Shown: positions 33,107 through 46,849 of the stretch, one piece after another | Layout of the letters: each line of letters starts with the position of its first letter | How positions within the stretch are numbered: position 1 is the stretch's first letter | Assembly: GCF_009914755.1 (NCBI RefSeq) | Contig: NC_060932.1 | Direction: 5' to 3' (one strand) | From: the human T2T-CHM13v2.0 reference genome, Homo sapiens | DNA length: 64,000 bases | Notes under the pieces: generated by a model | Databases searched by the model: none | The model's input: the letters and a program-made list of their open reading frames with translations, nothing else | Told to the model about the DNA's origin: nothing | Position numbers and translations under genes: made by a program

Positions 33107-33129
33107 AAAGAATTGTTTGAAATCTTGAT

Positions 33130-33490
33130 TGGTGCAAGATGGTATCTCATTGTGGTTTTGATTTACATTTCTCTGATGATTAGAGATATTGAGCAGTTTT
33201 TTCATGTTTGGCCACTTGTTTTTCTTCTTTTAAGAAGTGTCTGTTTGTGCCCTTTCCCCACTTTTTAATGGAGTTATTTGATTTTTCTTGTTGAGTTTCT
33301 TGTAGATTCTGGATATCAGTCCTCTGTCGGATGCACAGTTTGCAAATATTTTCTCTCATTCTGTAGGTTATCTGTTTACTCCTTTGATTATTTCTTCTGC
33401 TGTGCAGAAACTCTTTAGTTTAATTAAGTCCCATTTGTCTATTTTTGGTTTTGTTGCATTTGCTTTTGAGGTCTTAGTCATAAATTCTTG
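33130..33490 (-). mobile_element. L1P ORF2 fragment
   Basis: gatggtatctcattgtggttttgattt...gctgtgcagaaactctttagtttaattaagtccc. Confidence 0.8.
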
Positions 33491-35118
33491 GAACTTCTGG
33501 AGAACTTCTAAGTTTTTGATTGATGCCTTTGATTTTTTTTATAATTATACAATTAGTAAAAGGTGATCTTCTAGCAAGATAGCTGGAGACCTTATTTGAG
33601 GCTCTCCTTTATCTTCTTATAAAGTATATTTCAAGTTTAAGTAAGATAAACAAAGTTCAATCTCTGTTCACTTATTGTCTTCTAATTAAGTCAATTAATT
33701 AAAACCAAACTATTTATAAAATTTACTAAATTAAGAAAACTATAACAGATTGGAAATCATGTCACCTAAGATTATTAATTAAATTTGGATTTCTTTTCCA
33801 TAGACACTAAAAGAACAAATTAATAATTGACTGATATCTTAGGTGAGTACATTAAATGTAACAGAAATTTTATAAACGCATTCTCTATATAACATTAAAA
33901 TTTTACTACAATGAAAAAGAATATTTCTAAAATGAATCTTGAAGAAAGATTCCAAGTTACTAGATCAGTAACTATTTGAGGTGTTATAACATCACCACCT
34001 ACTGGAGGATTAGAATAGGAAGATTTTCATTTTGGAAATCATCAATAGCAATATCGATTGAACTTAGAAATTCTTTCATTTGTACAATTTTTTAAGGTAT
34101 TGAGGCCCTAACCCCTTACCTTACACACCTGAGATAATAGACACAGAAGGGCTAAATAGGGTTCAATGATTTGCTCAAAATCATACCACTAATTGTATAT
34201 AAGACTATCATAGATGACTAATTATATGTAAGACTCTAAACCAGGTTCCCTGGTTCTCAGTCACATGATCTTTGTGCCTTAACTTGCCCTTACAACGTGC
34301 CATATTGACTGTCAAAATCCATTTTAATAATGGTTAAAACATTTTTGAAGTAAAAGCAAAGTTGGTTTTCCCATAAATATTATTATATTGATAGCTTTCC
34401 CATTATTCTTTTACTGCCTCATTTTATCTTAGAATAATTAAGAAATAAATTTCGATTAAGTTCTTATGTTTTCTCCTATAGATGATGATTGATTGAATTA
34501 TTTAGTGCAAGCGAGTTTATGTTTCTCATAATATCTCTTTATTTTCTGACCCATAATTAAAGAAAGAAAGAAGGTAGCATTTTTCAACTTTCTGATAGAC
34601 AACTTAAGACTGTTGGCAATAGTGTGGGAAAAGAGGCTCCCTCATAAACTGTAAGTGAGAGAGTAAATTAGTGCTAAAGTTTGCTAGTAATTTGATAGTC
34701 TCTAACAAATTTTAAATCACGCAGCCTTTGGCATGGCAATTCCACTGTTGGAATCCAGTCTACAGATACTTTTGCACAAATATTTATTGCAGCATTATTG
34801 GTAATAGCAGAGACAAATCTGGAAACAACCTGCATATTATTAATATAAGACTGACAAATTATAAGATATCAATATAGAATACTATATAAAATACTATGCT
34901 GCCGTTTTTTAAAATAACATAGTACTGTGCATACTAAAAAAATAATTAAAGTTATTTAAAGGAAGGAGCCAGCCTTTGCTTTATATGTATACTGTCATTT
35001 CACATGTGTAAAAATATGGAACTTTATAAATATTTATAATATAATAAATACAAAATATATTAATATATGACTTTATGGATTTAATTTTATAAATAAATAT
35101 AATAAATGTCTGCACATA

Positions 35119-35503
35119 CAGATGCTCTTTGGCTTAAGATGAGGTTACATCCTGATAAACCCATTGTTAAGTTGAAAATATCATTAAGTAAAAATGCATT
35201 TATGACACCGTAGTTTAGCCTGTCCTACCCTAAATGTGTTCAGCTTATATTTGCCAAAAGTTGGGCAAAATCAGCTGGCAACACTGCACACGGCAGAGCG
35301 CCAGTCCTTCACTCTTATGATAGCATGGCTGACTGGGAGCTGTGGCTTGCTACTGCTGCTCAGCATGTACCATATATCACTAGCCCAGGAAAACATCAAA
35401 GTTTAAAATCAAAGTACAGTTTCTACTGAATGCCTATGGCTTTTGCACCATTGTAAATTCCAAAACTTGTTAAGCCAAACCATGGTAAGTTAGGGACTGT
35501 CTA
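35119..35503 (+). mobile_element. MER47B-like Tigger-derived MITE
   Basis: ta|cagatgctc...gataaacccattg...gtttctactgaatgc...taagttagggactgtct. Confidence 0.8.
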
Positions 35504-35894
35504 TGTGTGTATGTATATACACAAACAAATATGCACATTTGTTTATGCACAGAAAAGTCCCTAACATAATGCATTACACCTTGTTCAGGTTATGACTCAC
35601 ATAGCAAAATAATGGTCCCAAACTCTGGAGGAAAACTAGAGGGGATGTAAAAGTATCTATATGAAGCTTGGTATTTTAAAAAATCATAATGTTTTCTTTA
35701 TATTACAAAATTATGATTAAAACCACATAGTATTTGGGAAGATACTAAATACTGATTTAAACTTCTGAAAAGTTGTTTTTAAATACTGATGTATTTCTAA
35801 GTTTGTTATCTCCAACATAATTTTTTAGTGGGCGATTTTATTCTGTAAATGGCTACATGCAATTTCTGGTCAAAACTCTTCCAAAATGGTTTAA

Positions 35895-36327
35895 TTGAAG
35901 CTAGGCACAAAAAGATAAATATCAAACGTTCTCACACATATGTCAGAGTTGAAAAAGTTGATCGAATAGAGGTAGAGAGTAGAATGGTGGCCACCAGAGG
36001 CTGGGAAGAGCAGCAGGGAGAAAGGGATAAGGAAGGGATTGCTAATGGGTACAAAAACGTACTTCGATAGAAGGAATGAGATCTAGAGTTCAGTAGCACA
36101 ATAGGATGATTACTATCAGCAATGATTTATTGTATGTTTCAATATAACTAGAAGAGTTAATTGGGATGTTCCTAACACAAAGAAATTATAAATGTTTAAG
36201 GTAATGGATGTCCCAATTACCTGATTTGATCACTAAACATTGTATGCTTGTTGTATTGAAACATCACAGGTACCCCATAAATATGTACATCTATCAAGTA
36301 TCCATTAAACTTAAAAATAAATAAAAA
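35895..36327 (+). mobile_element. L1MA 3' end fragment
   Basis: gagagtagaatggtggccaccagaggctggga...gtaccccataaatatgtac plus an A-rich tail. Confidence 0.82.
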
Positions 36328-36693
36328 TGTTCTTACAAAGGATTTAGTCTAATTCTTCACGGCCTCCATTGATGCAAAACTTTATTTGCACTTTTATATA
36401 ATTTAAAACTTTAATTACCTTACAACTGTGCAAAAATTGTAATATAGCTGAAAGTCTATTTTTTAATTGAATGTCTTTTCCTTTTCTTGCATTGATAAAC
36501 GTAATGTTAAAATTTATTAAATGATGTGAATAGATTTCCAACATAAACATTTTCATACCAAGGGTTTCACAATCTAACACATCTCTAATTTTCTAAAAGG
36601 AATTTGCCTTTTTAGAGCAGTCATCCTCAAAGTAGTCTGGATGCCCCTAAAAGGCCGCATCATCCCCAAATAGACAGGATGTTTATGATACAG

Positions 36694-37127
36694 TGTACTG
36701 GGTTAAATAGCGTCCCCATTCCCAAATTCAGGTCCACCTGGAACCTCAGAACGTGACTTTATTTGTAATATGGATCTTTACTGATGTAATAAGGTAAAGT
36801 GTGAGATGAGATCATCTTGGATTAGGGTGGCTCCTGAATCCCATGACTGTCCTTACAGAGTCAGAAAAGGAGAAACCACAGGGACACAAAGAAGGCAATG
36901 TGAACACAGGCAGGGACTGCAGTGAAGTGTCTACCGGGGAAGAGGTGCCAAGGATGGCCGGTGACACCTGAAGCTCAGAGAGAGCCATTGAATGACTCAC
37001 ACTCAGGGATGTCAGAGGGGACCGACCCTGCCCACACCTCAGCTTTAGACTTCTGGCCTCCAGAAGCATGTCAATAAGTTTCCCAGTTTGCAGTAATTTG
37101 TCATGGCAGCCCTGAAACATTAATACA
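36694..37127 (+). mobile_element. MLT1C-like MaLR LTR
   Basis: tgtactgggttaaatagcgtcccc...gacttctggcctccagaa...atttgtcatggcagccc...aataca. Confidence 0.82.
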
Positions 37128-37551
37128 CATGGAGACAAAAATTGGAGGCCAACAGCCTTGTCCCCTTCTTCCCCTGAGGCTTCCCAGGTATTTGAATCTG
37201 GAGCTTTGGGCCTCTGAAAGCTCCATGGGCCCAGGCCCACCAGGGAGTTGGAGGCCTGTCTGCAGAAGCCGGTGCCAGGACCACAGAGCTCTCAGCCACA
37301 CTGCCCTCCTACTCCTCCCCATCTTCTCTGGGCTTGCACCAGGCCCTGCCCTGGTCAGATATCCTCCAAAACGCCCCAGCCTGGAGGCTACAACTTGGGA
37401 GCCTCAGTTGCCCCCTGCGCTGAGGAAGCAGGGAACTGTGGGGCCCTGTGACTCTTCTGTGACACTCAGTAGTTACTTAAGGGCATGCGGGCTTGGCTTG
37501 TCATGCACAGAGAAAGAGAGGATTCTATTTTTACTTTATTCAGTCTTACAC

Positions 37552-37603
37552 TGATTGAATAATTTTAACCATCACCGTGATTGAATAATTTTAACCATCA
37601 CCA
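37552..37603. repeat. 26-bp tandem duplication
   Basis: TGATTGAATAATTTTAACCATCACC(G/A) twice, 25/26 identical. Confidence 0.95.
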
Positions 37604-38049
37604 TGTATTTCATAGCTTTAAAAAAACTAGTTTATATGTAATATAAAAAATTAGAAAGATATGTCAAACAGGAGAACATTTTCAAGGGGGAAAAATGTCT
37701 CTTTCTTCCGTATTCTCATGTCCCTAGTCCCTGACTTCCCTGGATGTCCCACACCATCCCTGCTCTCTCCTGCCTCCTGGAGCCCTTGGGCTGCTGGCCC
37801 TGCCAGAGCAGAGAAGCTAAGCTAGAGGATGTTCTGTACTAGCAGTTTACGGTGTGGAGAAAATGGCAAGGAGTTTTGGCCAGTCTGTCTCTTTCACACA
37901 ACTAGGCGGCCAATCTTGGCCAACACTCCACCTGCTCTGAGCACGTTTCCAAGTGTGGACGTCGTGAGGATGATGCTACTTATTTTACAATGATGCTGTG
38001 AGAATCTGATGGCATGATGCATGCACATGTGCCTGCCACAAAGGGGGAA

Positions 38050-38470
38050 GTTAGCGTGTGCTTACAGGACAGGCAGGAACTGGAACTCGCAAGGGGAAAG
38101 ATGTCAGAAAGCAGAAGGTGCTGTCACTTCACCTCTGCTTCTCCCTGGAGGTCTGCTCCCTTTATCTCTCTCTGTCCAGCAGTCCTTCAGGACTCCACGT
38201 CTCCATGGCAGAAAATGTCTGCCTCATGGCTTGCATGTTCCAGTTCCAGCTTCTGAGACATTGTCTACCTGACGCATCTGAATCCTAACTCCATATTCCG
38301 GGAGAGAGAACCAGACTGGCCAAGCTTGGGTGACAACCAGCAACTCATTGATCTGTATTCAGGAGGCAGGGTCCTATGCATGGCTGCCATGACCTATCTC
38401 CTGGTGGGATGCGATCCTTGGAAAGGGGAGATGGTTTATGAACTAGGAGGCACCCCAAAACTGAGCTCTA
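38050..38470 (-). mobile_element. Old MLT1-family LTR relic
   Basis: ccgggagagagaaccagactggccaagcttgggtga and related degenerate MLT motifs; boundaries approximate. Confidence 0.4.
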
Positions 38471-40498
38471 TCACTGTGCTATCTGGTGCATGCCTAATCT
38501 GTCTGTTGTTTCCTCAGCTGTTACATAAAAGAATTGCACTATGATTGCTGAATTTTCTTTCAATTCTAAAAGTCTATGGCCCAGTGATTCAACTAGAGGA
38601 ATTTTAGGAAGCACAGCTGATCAGCAGAGGCTGAAGTTTGGGAGAATACAGATAATAAGACCTAGCATTCTTTGAATGACACAGTAGCCACTCTATGAAT
38701 GACAAAGTAGCCATCCTATTCTATCTGTACATAAAATTAATCTCTCCTAAAGAAAATGAAGCCAAAGCACATTTGCTCAAGGATCCAAATAGTCTTAGGA
38801 AATAAGTAGATATGTACCCTCGAGGTCTTCCTGTACTTCAGGGGCTGGAGCTTAGCATCTCTTAATCAACCAAATATCCATGATGTCTATTTATGTGTGC
38901 TTGGGACTGGGCTAGGGGTAGTGATTCAAAAGGAATATAATGTCTATAATATAAAAATATGTACACAGTATTACTTCTTTAACAGCACTTATATTTCTTA
39001 AAACATACACAAATCAAGCTTTATAAATGTTTATATTATATATAAACACGCTATATAATGTTTTTAATTTATAAGGCCCATAGAAAATATCCTTTTGAAA
39101 AGTAAAAGATCCTCCTGAAATGATACATAATTATTTCCTTATTCATCTCTTTTGTTTGTATGAACTTTAGTATTTAAGTATCCTTAAAGTAAAGAACCCT
39201 TAGAATATTTTTTTTTGCATGAATTACTTACTACCTCCTGATCTCACTTGGTGATACTCATAGTAACCAGTGATGCTCTTTGAAAATCTAGGACTTGTGA
39301 CTGGGCCGACAACAAACGGAAATAGCTGTGACTGCCACTTCATAATACATCCACTTACCACTGGCCATATTTAGTTAATTATTTGTCCGCCTAAGGCTGT
39401 TACCCCATAGGGAGACCCCTGTGTTTATTTCATTATGCTTTGTATGAAGGCACTCACTGATGCCTCTGCTGATAGCTAGTGAACAATGGGAGCCTGAAAC
39501 CTAATTGATATCAAATTAATTCATATTACCTGGAAAAAATGAAAGACAAAAACTTAAAAGAAGGAATCAGAAAAAGTTTCTTCCTTTTTTCCTGTACTAT
39601 CAAAATCAAAGAAATATAGACAGGAATAATGTTGAGGCTGTTTAACCTTGGACCTAGTCTTTTCTCAGCTAAAGTCAGAGTCAAATGCAGCAGGCCCAAG
39701 CAAGTCTCATCCAATTTCAAAGGCCAGATATGTCATTATAATTAAGAATCAAATTAAGGCAAGTATCTCATTATTCACTCAAAGATGGCCTGTTTTTTTT
39801 TTTTTTAATTTTACAAGACTAATGCTTCACTTCGACAATGAAGAGTAACCTCTTGGTTTCTATGAAATGTGCATTCAGCTGTAAGGCTCACTTCTCTAGG
39901 CAGGGGAGACCTGGTGTAATAGTAGGGACTCGGGGTACAATTTAATTTGTTGCATTCTTGTTGTTCCTATTCACTGCCCTGCCTCTGGCTGGTCCTTACT
40001 TCTGAGGACAGTGAGTGGCTGTGTTTGTCTTGGGGCTGAGGAAGAGGAGTGAAGGGTGTAAATTGAGGAGGCCTTGGGAAAATGGAGAAGCAAAAAGTCA
40101 GAGGTTCATTACACCTCCAGGGTTTCTACAAAGAGATGAACATGTAAAGAATCATCTGCCTACAATTTTCCGTGAAATCACTTAATAAAATCAACATCCA
40201 ATTATGCTAGGTGTTTTAAAGATTGCTTTTAATTGTTCTTTCCTAGGCTGTTAGAAAATGAATGAAAACGGCGGCTGAAATTTCACATCAGCAGTCTCTC
40301 TCTCTCTCTCTCTGCCAAATTCAACTTTACATTTCTACATAATAGCAGGCACAGTCATATAGTCAATCCTCTATTAATGTATATTTTAGATAATACTGTA
40401 TTTCTGAGGATTTCATCTTCTAGTGCCCAATAAAGATTAAAGGAACCTGGGGCTGGGACTGAATTCCCAGGTCAAATTACACTGGAAGTCTGTGGGCT

Positions 40499-40532
40499 GG
40501 TGCTCCCTCTGGTGGAAATTTGCCACGTTGCA
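40499..40532 (-). promoter_or_regulatory. Candidate CTCF binding site (core plus upstream motif)
   Basis: Minus strand reads TGCAACGTGGCAAATTT-CCACCAGAGGGAGCAC. Confidence 0.65.
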
Positions 40533-40792
40533 AATTTCCTTCTTTCTTTTTCTTTTTTTTCTCTTTTTTAAATGCGGGAGCATTTCATAGGCCAAGAAAC
40601 ATCTCGCAAAGCCAAGAACAATCAGGAAGTAATTTCAAAACATCCCTGCCTGGTCAAAAATGCATGTGTTCAATGACACTGAGCTGATTGTATTCACCAG
40701 AATTCTCAGAGAATCTGTGAAGAAAAAAATGACTTGATAAAGCTGCAGGAAATGGCTCGTTTATAATAGTTGTTTTTTAAAAAGATTGTTCT

Positions 40793-41020
40793 ACATGGAC
40801 ATGTACAGGGAAACAACACACACTGGGGCCTGTCACAGGGTGGAGGTGGAAGGAGGGAGAGGATCAGGAAAATAACTAACGGATACTAGGCTTAATACCT
40901 GGGTACTGAAATAATCTGTACAACAAACCACTATGACACATGTTTACCGCTGTAACAAACCTGCACATCCTGCACATGTGCCCCTGAACTTAAAATAAAA
41001 GTTAAAAATAAATAAATACA
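40793..41020 (+). mobile_element. L1PA (about L1PA11-15) 3'UTR fragment
   Basis: ggatcaggaaaataactaacggatactaggcttaatacctggg...cctgaacttaaaataaaagtt. Confidence 0.85.
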
Positions 41021-41295
41021 ATGTTACTTCTGGTTGATAAAGGATGGGGAATTTAGATTTGAGAGTTGGGGAGCAAGAAATTTCAACCTCACCCTGGGAC
41101 AGTATAGCACAGAACAGTAGGAACCACAGAGAAAATATATGTTGAAGAGAGAATATTCTAGTGAAATGCTTTGTGCAGTCTAACATGTTGAGGAGTTCCT
41201 GGCATCCTACAAATCTTCAGCAGATATATGTAGGTCCTACCATGGAAAATGGCAGAGGCTTAATTCTATGTCTTGTGTAATTTGAGGGGTTTCAA

Positions 41296-41701
41296 TGTTC
41301 TGACCTGTGTTGTCCCTATAAGTGTAAGTTCAACATATGAATCCCTAATCCCAAAGGTGATGGTATTGGGAAGCGGGGCCTTTGGGAGGTAATTATGTTG
41401 TGAGGGTAGGGTCCTCATGATGGGATTAATGCCCTTATAAGAAGAGGCACCACCTCTCTCTCTCTGTTTCTGTCTCTCTCTATCTCTATCTCTATCTCTC
41501 TATCTCTCTCTTCCTCTCCACCATGTAAGGGCACAGCAAAAAGGCAGCCATCAGCAAGCCAGGAAAAGGACCCTCACCCAACGCAACCATGCTGGCTGGC
41601 ATCCTAATCTGGGACTTCCAGCCTCCAGAACCCTGAGTAAATCTTGCAGCTGTTAAAGCCACCCAGTGTGTGGTACTTTGCTGTGGCGGCTGACTTAGCC
41701 A
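41296..41701 (+). mobile_element. MLT1A/MSTD-like MaLR LTR with internal (TC)-rich repeat
   Basis: ggtgatggtattgggaagcggggcctttgggaggtaatta...gacttccagcctccagaac. Confidence 0.8.
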
Positions 41702-42686
41702 GGGGCTGAAGAGGGTTAGCTGAAACACAGATCGAAAGGCTGAAAGGACAGGTGAATACAGGAGACCAGTGTTACCATACAAAGCACCATGGTCCTTCAT
41801 CAAAGGGATTTCAGAATCCAGAAAGCTTAAATATCTCTGGATCTGCACTATGGAAGTCGTTGAGAAAAGGCAAAAGCAATGCCATAGGTCAGTGTTAAGC
41901 AATCTTTTTCACAAGAAGGTAACCACAGGAAATGACATGTGTCCAGCTCGCTGACAGAAGTAATGTTCACAGCGTCTGGCCACCCTGTCCTTGGACTGCG
42001 TCTTAAGCGCTGAGAGGCGTCAACACGTCAGCACAACCGCGGCCGACTCCAGGCACACCAATGGGAGGTCCTGCAGTAGGTCGGCTGTGCGGGACTGGAG
42101 GAGATGGTAGAGATCAGTCAAGAGGAGCAGCAATAAGCCTCTGGGCAGCGGCCGGGTCTCAGGTCTGCGCCTGGCCTTGCTCATCTTCTAAAATCAGCCT
42201 GTCTGAGCTCTCCTGTTCTGTACCATCCTGTCATATTGGAATCTAGTCGTCCATTGCCCTCTGCCTGGCTAGTTTCCACAGGGCTTTTAAATTCCCTCAG
42301 TGGCTCTATACTTAGATAGTGATGAATAGAAATGCTGCCGTTCTGGTGTCTGTTGCTCTTTCTTTGTTTTTATCCCTGCTCTATCTGGTCATTTTTCTAT
42401 GTCTGAACACTTCACTAACACAGACAAAGACAGTAACATATTGCACAACTGAGAACGGGGAAGTAAGCAAAAAGGGAAGAAAAATGTCTCTGAACAGCCA
42501 AAATAGATATTGCAAAGTCCATGTGTAAGACTGATGTGATGTTTGCATAATTCTGAAGCTCGGAACTGAGAACAATTCTAACTCCTTTTACTGCTATGAC
42601 AAAAGGAAGACATTAGTGGTGTCAGAGGTGAAAAGAACAGTTTTCTGGGAATCTTTTAGGGATTACTACCCTCAATTTTGTAAGTA

Positions 42687-43011
42687 CGGACTGTCCCCAA
42701 CTTACTGTGTTTCACTTACAACTTCACAACTTCATAATGCTACTCATACAACCATTCTGTTTTTCACTTTCAGTACAGCATTCAATAAATTCCATGAGAT
42801 ATCCAACAATTTATTGTAAGATAGGCTTTGTGTTAGATAATTTTGCCCAACTGCAGGCTAATATAACTGTTCTGAGCACATTTCAGGTAGGCTGGTCTAA
42901 GCTGTGATGTTCAGCAGGCTAAGGGCATTAAATGCATATTTGACTGAAAATATTTTCAGCTGATGATGGGTTTATAGGAACGTAGCCCTGTTGTAAGTCC
43001 CGGAGCATCTG
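42687..43011 (-). mobile_element. MER47A Tigger-derived MITE
   Basis: TA-flanked termini cggactgtccccaacttac...gtaagtcccggagcatctg. Confidence 0.85.
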
Positions 43012-43159
43012 TACTTTTTTCTTAGGTGCATTTTCTGGTCGGCCATGTAGTATCCTTGTTACAACTCCAGAGTAAGATGAAGTCCCAGGACCAGTGCTTC
43101 AGGACCACTGCAGGAAAAACTTTTAACACTCCCCTGCTCTGAATGTGTGGATGACACTG

Positions 43160-43530
43160 AAATCATTGTTGGTGCTACTAACTGGCATTTCCCATTCTAC
43201 TCTTCTCAAGCACATGGGAGGGTTGCACTTCCCTAATTCTGTGATTGTTAGGTACTTATTTCTTTGCTTTGGTCAAAGAAATAAGAATGGAAGTAATGTG
43301 TCCCTTCCAGTCAAAAACGTCAAGCCCTGAGCATAATTTGCCAAATTTCACCCCCCTGTGTGATGTCAGATATTGTTCCCGGAGGGTGTAAGTGGTATCA
43401 GTCTCCATCTCTGAGTGAAGACAACATGGGACAGAGCCTTCCATCAATGTATCAGCATCCCTGTTGCTTATAAGACACTGAGATTCATGGATTATTTGTT
43501 AACATAGTATGCTTTCCTTACTGATACATA
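43160..43530 (+). mobile_element. MLT1I-like LTR
   Basis: gcacatgggagggttgcacttccc...ttgctttggtcaaagaaat...cactgagatt...atttgtt...ctgataca. Confidence 0.65.
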
Positions 43531-44255
43531 CACACATGCTCATTGTACATAGAGAACTCCTATATCACTCCTCAAAGGGTGTCTTATCTTCACATGGTCA
43601 TGCAAACCTAGATTATCTAACATGCAATATTCAGTAAATTAAAAGGCCCTTACTTCTGTAGGTAGATCTACTACATATCTTTAAAGGAAACAGCTGATAG
43701 CCAAAATGAATATATATAAACTATAACAGAAGGGAAAGAAATTGTATCAATCAGGTTATTTATCAGAAGCCCACAGACCTACATACCTTAGTGGACTCTG
43801 ACATTATCCATGACTTTGGTGCACTGGTCTTGAACCACCCAACCCCCCAAATTTCCCCCAGTCAAATTTCTAATGGAAGTGGTTTTACTTTCGTATTCCT
43901 TTATGTTAATGATGAAATTTCAGATTCAAGAATATGTAAATGTCTAATCGTGTTTTTGGAGATACTTTTTAAAAGATAATTCTACACATTAGGAGTAGAA
44001 AGGGAAGCAAATCAAATGACAGAAAAATAGCAGTCTTTGCATTAATCCTAAAGTGTATGTAATAAACATAAACCTAGAACTTACATATGCACTCTTCTGA
44101 CATTTTTGAATACGTAGGAGGTGAGGTGCAAGTAAAAGAAGATGATGGCATTTGCTTTGGCATAAAGTCTTTGTGGAGTTTTGAGAAAATATTTTTGTAT
44201 TTCTGCAGAGTTGAGGCTTTCTGAATAAATTTTCCTGAAAAATTTGGATCCCGAG

Positions 44256-44639
44256 CATATTAATCCATTCTCATGCTGCTATAAAGAACTGCCCGAGACG
44301 GAATAATTTATAAAGAAAAGAGCTTTAATTGACTCAGTTCTGCAGCACTGGGGAGGCCTTAGGAAACTTAAAATAATGGCAGACAGGGAAGGAAACACGT
44401 TCTCCTTCACATGGTGGCAGGAAGGAGAAGAATGAGTGCTGAGTGAAGAGGGAAGCCCCTTATAAAACCATCAGATCTCATGAGAACTCACTCACTGTCA
44501 TGAGAACAGCATGAGCAGCATGAGGGTAACCACCCTGTGATTAAATTACCTCTCACTAGGTTATTCCCATGACACGTGGGGATTATGGGGACTACAATTC
44601 AAGGTGAAATTTGGGTGGGAACACAGCCAAACCATATTA
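44256..44639 (-). mobile_element. THE1 (THE1C/D-like) solo LTR
   Basis: THE1 termini; TSD CCGAG / CTGAG differing by a CpG-type change. Confidence 0.88.
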
Positions 44640-45469
44640 CTGAGCTAACAGTAAGTCTTGAGAAGTTATTTTATAACTCTATAGTGACAGGACTCCAGAG
44701 ATTCTCATGGAATGTATTTACATTTCAAGAGAAAGTGAGACTCAAGACCCTGGAGACATCTCTAGGTCATGACAGAGACACCAGGGCTCCTGAGGCCCTT
44801 GAGAGATGCCTTTCTAGTCCAAAAGGTTAAAGTGAGAGCCCAGAACCCTTCCATCTCCTCTCCAGGGAACAAACGTTTCTCTCCCTCCTTTCAAGATGGA
44901 ACCAGGAGGTCCCGTTCATAAGTGAAGAAAATCCATTTTCCCCATCCTTCACCTATGGAGCATCTTGGGCCATCGGACACCTCAGGAGTAAGCACTGGTG
45001 TGTGCAGGGGTGGGGGCTGACACAATTATCATAATATAAGAAATAATAACTATTCTGCCTCTGAACCAGAACACTCCATGTATGGGTTCAGGATAAAATT
45101 ATGAATGGATATGAAAAACCCAACACTCATCCTAGCAAAGCTAAGGCAAAATATACCCAAATGCCATGCAGGGTTACTTGAGTGCTTAAGATCCTGATAT
45201 GAGTGGCTATAAATGTCCTAAACTCCTTTGGAAAGTCAAATGTTCTTTTCTAGAGTTTGTGAACTGCCTGGGTGGGATGTGGAGACAGAAACGTGAGTTA
45301 TGTTCTCAGGGTGTCACTTGGCATGGGTTCCAGGCTCTACTGAAATTGTTTTTCTACTCTACATACTACAGCTGTTGCTTTGTCTCCACTTTAACTTTTG
45401 CTCACATATGAAACTGAGTCCCTACATTTTTTATGATGTAATTTGGCTGTATTTAACTAGATAAAAATA

Positions 45470-45900
45470 TCTTTGATGGCTGAAATGAAATACAACTGTA
45501 TTTCTCTTTCACATAAGATTTGAAGCAGAACCATTCTTAGAGGGAAACTTACAGCCTTAAATGCATATAGGAGAAATGTAGAACGGCTGAAAAGTCAGTA
45601 AGTTAAGCATCTTTCTTAAGAAGTTAGAAAATACTAAATTAAATGCAAAGAACATAGAAGAAAGAAAAAAGCAAAAATTAATGAAACAAAAAGTAAACAA
45701 AAAAATGGAGAGAATAAACAAAGTCAAAAGTTGATTCCTTAAAAAGAAATAATATTTATATAATTCTGGCAAAGCTAATAAAGGGAAAAAGAAAGAAGAC
45801 AGAATTAACCAAAATTGAGAATGAAAAAGGGATATATCATTATTGTTCTTACAGATAACATAAAGTCATAAGAGGATATTGTACCCATCTTATGAAAATA
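45470..45900 (+). mobile_element. Old L1M ORF2 fragment
   Basis: cttagagggaaacttacagccttaaatgcatata...cttaagaagttagaaaa. Confidence 0.7.
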
Positions 45901-46408
45901 ACACTTTCTAATATCCTAAAGCTGAATCCAATATTGTTGCAGAGGTAATCTCATATTCTAATAATTTTAAGATTTCCTATGTGCTACTTACAATTTTTTT
46001 AATGTAAAACTTATAAAAATATGTTTTAACTAATTCAGTTTGGCTTAAAAGCATCTACTATGAGGTCACAAACCATTTTTGCTCATTTGAGTATAAGCAA
46101 TAAAACAAAATTACTATAGGAACTATTGTTGGAGGTTGTGTTTACAAAAGTTACTCATTCACCCATAAACAACAAAGACCATCTCAATTTCCCTGTTGCC
46201 AACCTATAGGTGACTGGCCAGAGTGCTATCTTAAGTATCTCCCAGCCTATAAGGAGCTTAATAATAAAGCTTAAATTATAAATAGAAGAGAATAATATGA
46301 TGATTAATAGGCAATTTATGGGGATAAAATAATTTCAGTGGATTAAATTCTGATACAAGGAAACAGAATGTAGAGGTTTCATTACTAACCTAGAAAAGCA
46401 TTTGAGTC

Positions 46409-46745
<337 letters not shown>

Positions 46746-46849
46746 CTATAAAAACAAGAGATACAATTTGAGATTTAAAGAGAATATTCACAGACCCAAA
46801 GATAGAAAATATTTTCCTGCATAATAATTCAGGAGTAAATCTGGCACAG

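Noticed and set aside
37101-37554. GC-rich patch with a 141-aa ORF
   Set aside because: CpG-poor, no recognisable homology or exon structure, and adjacent to an MLT1 LTR.
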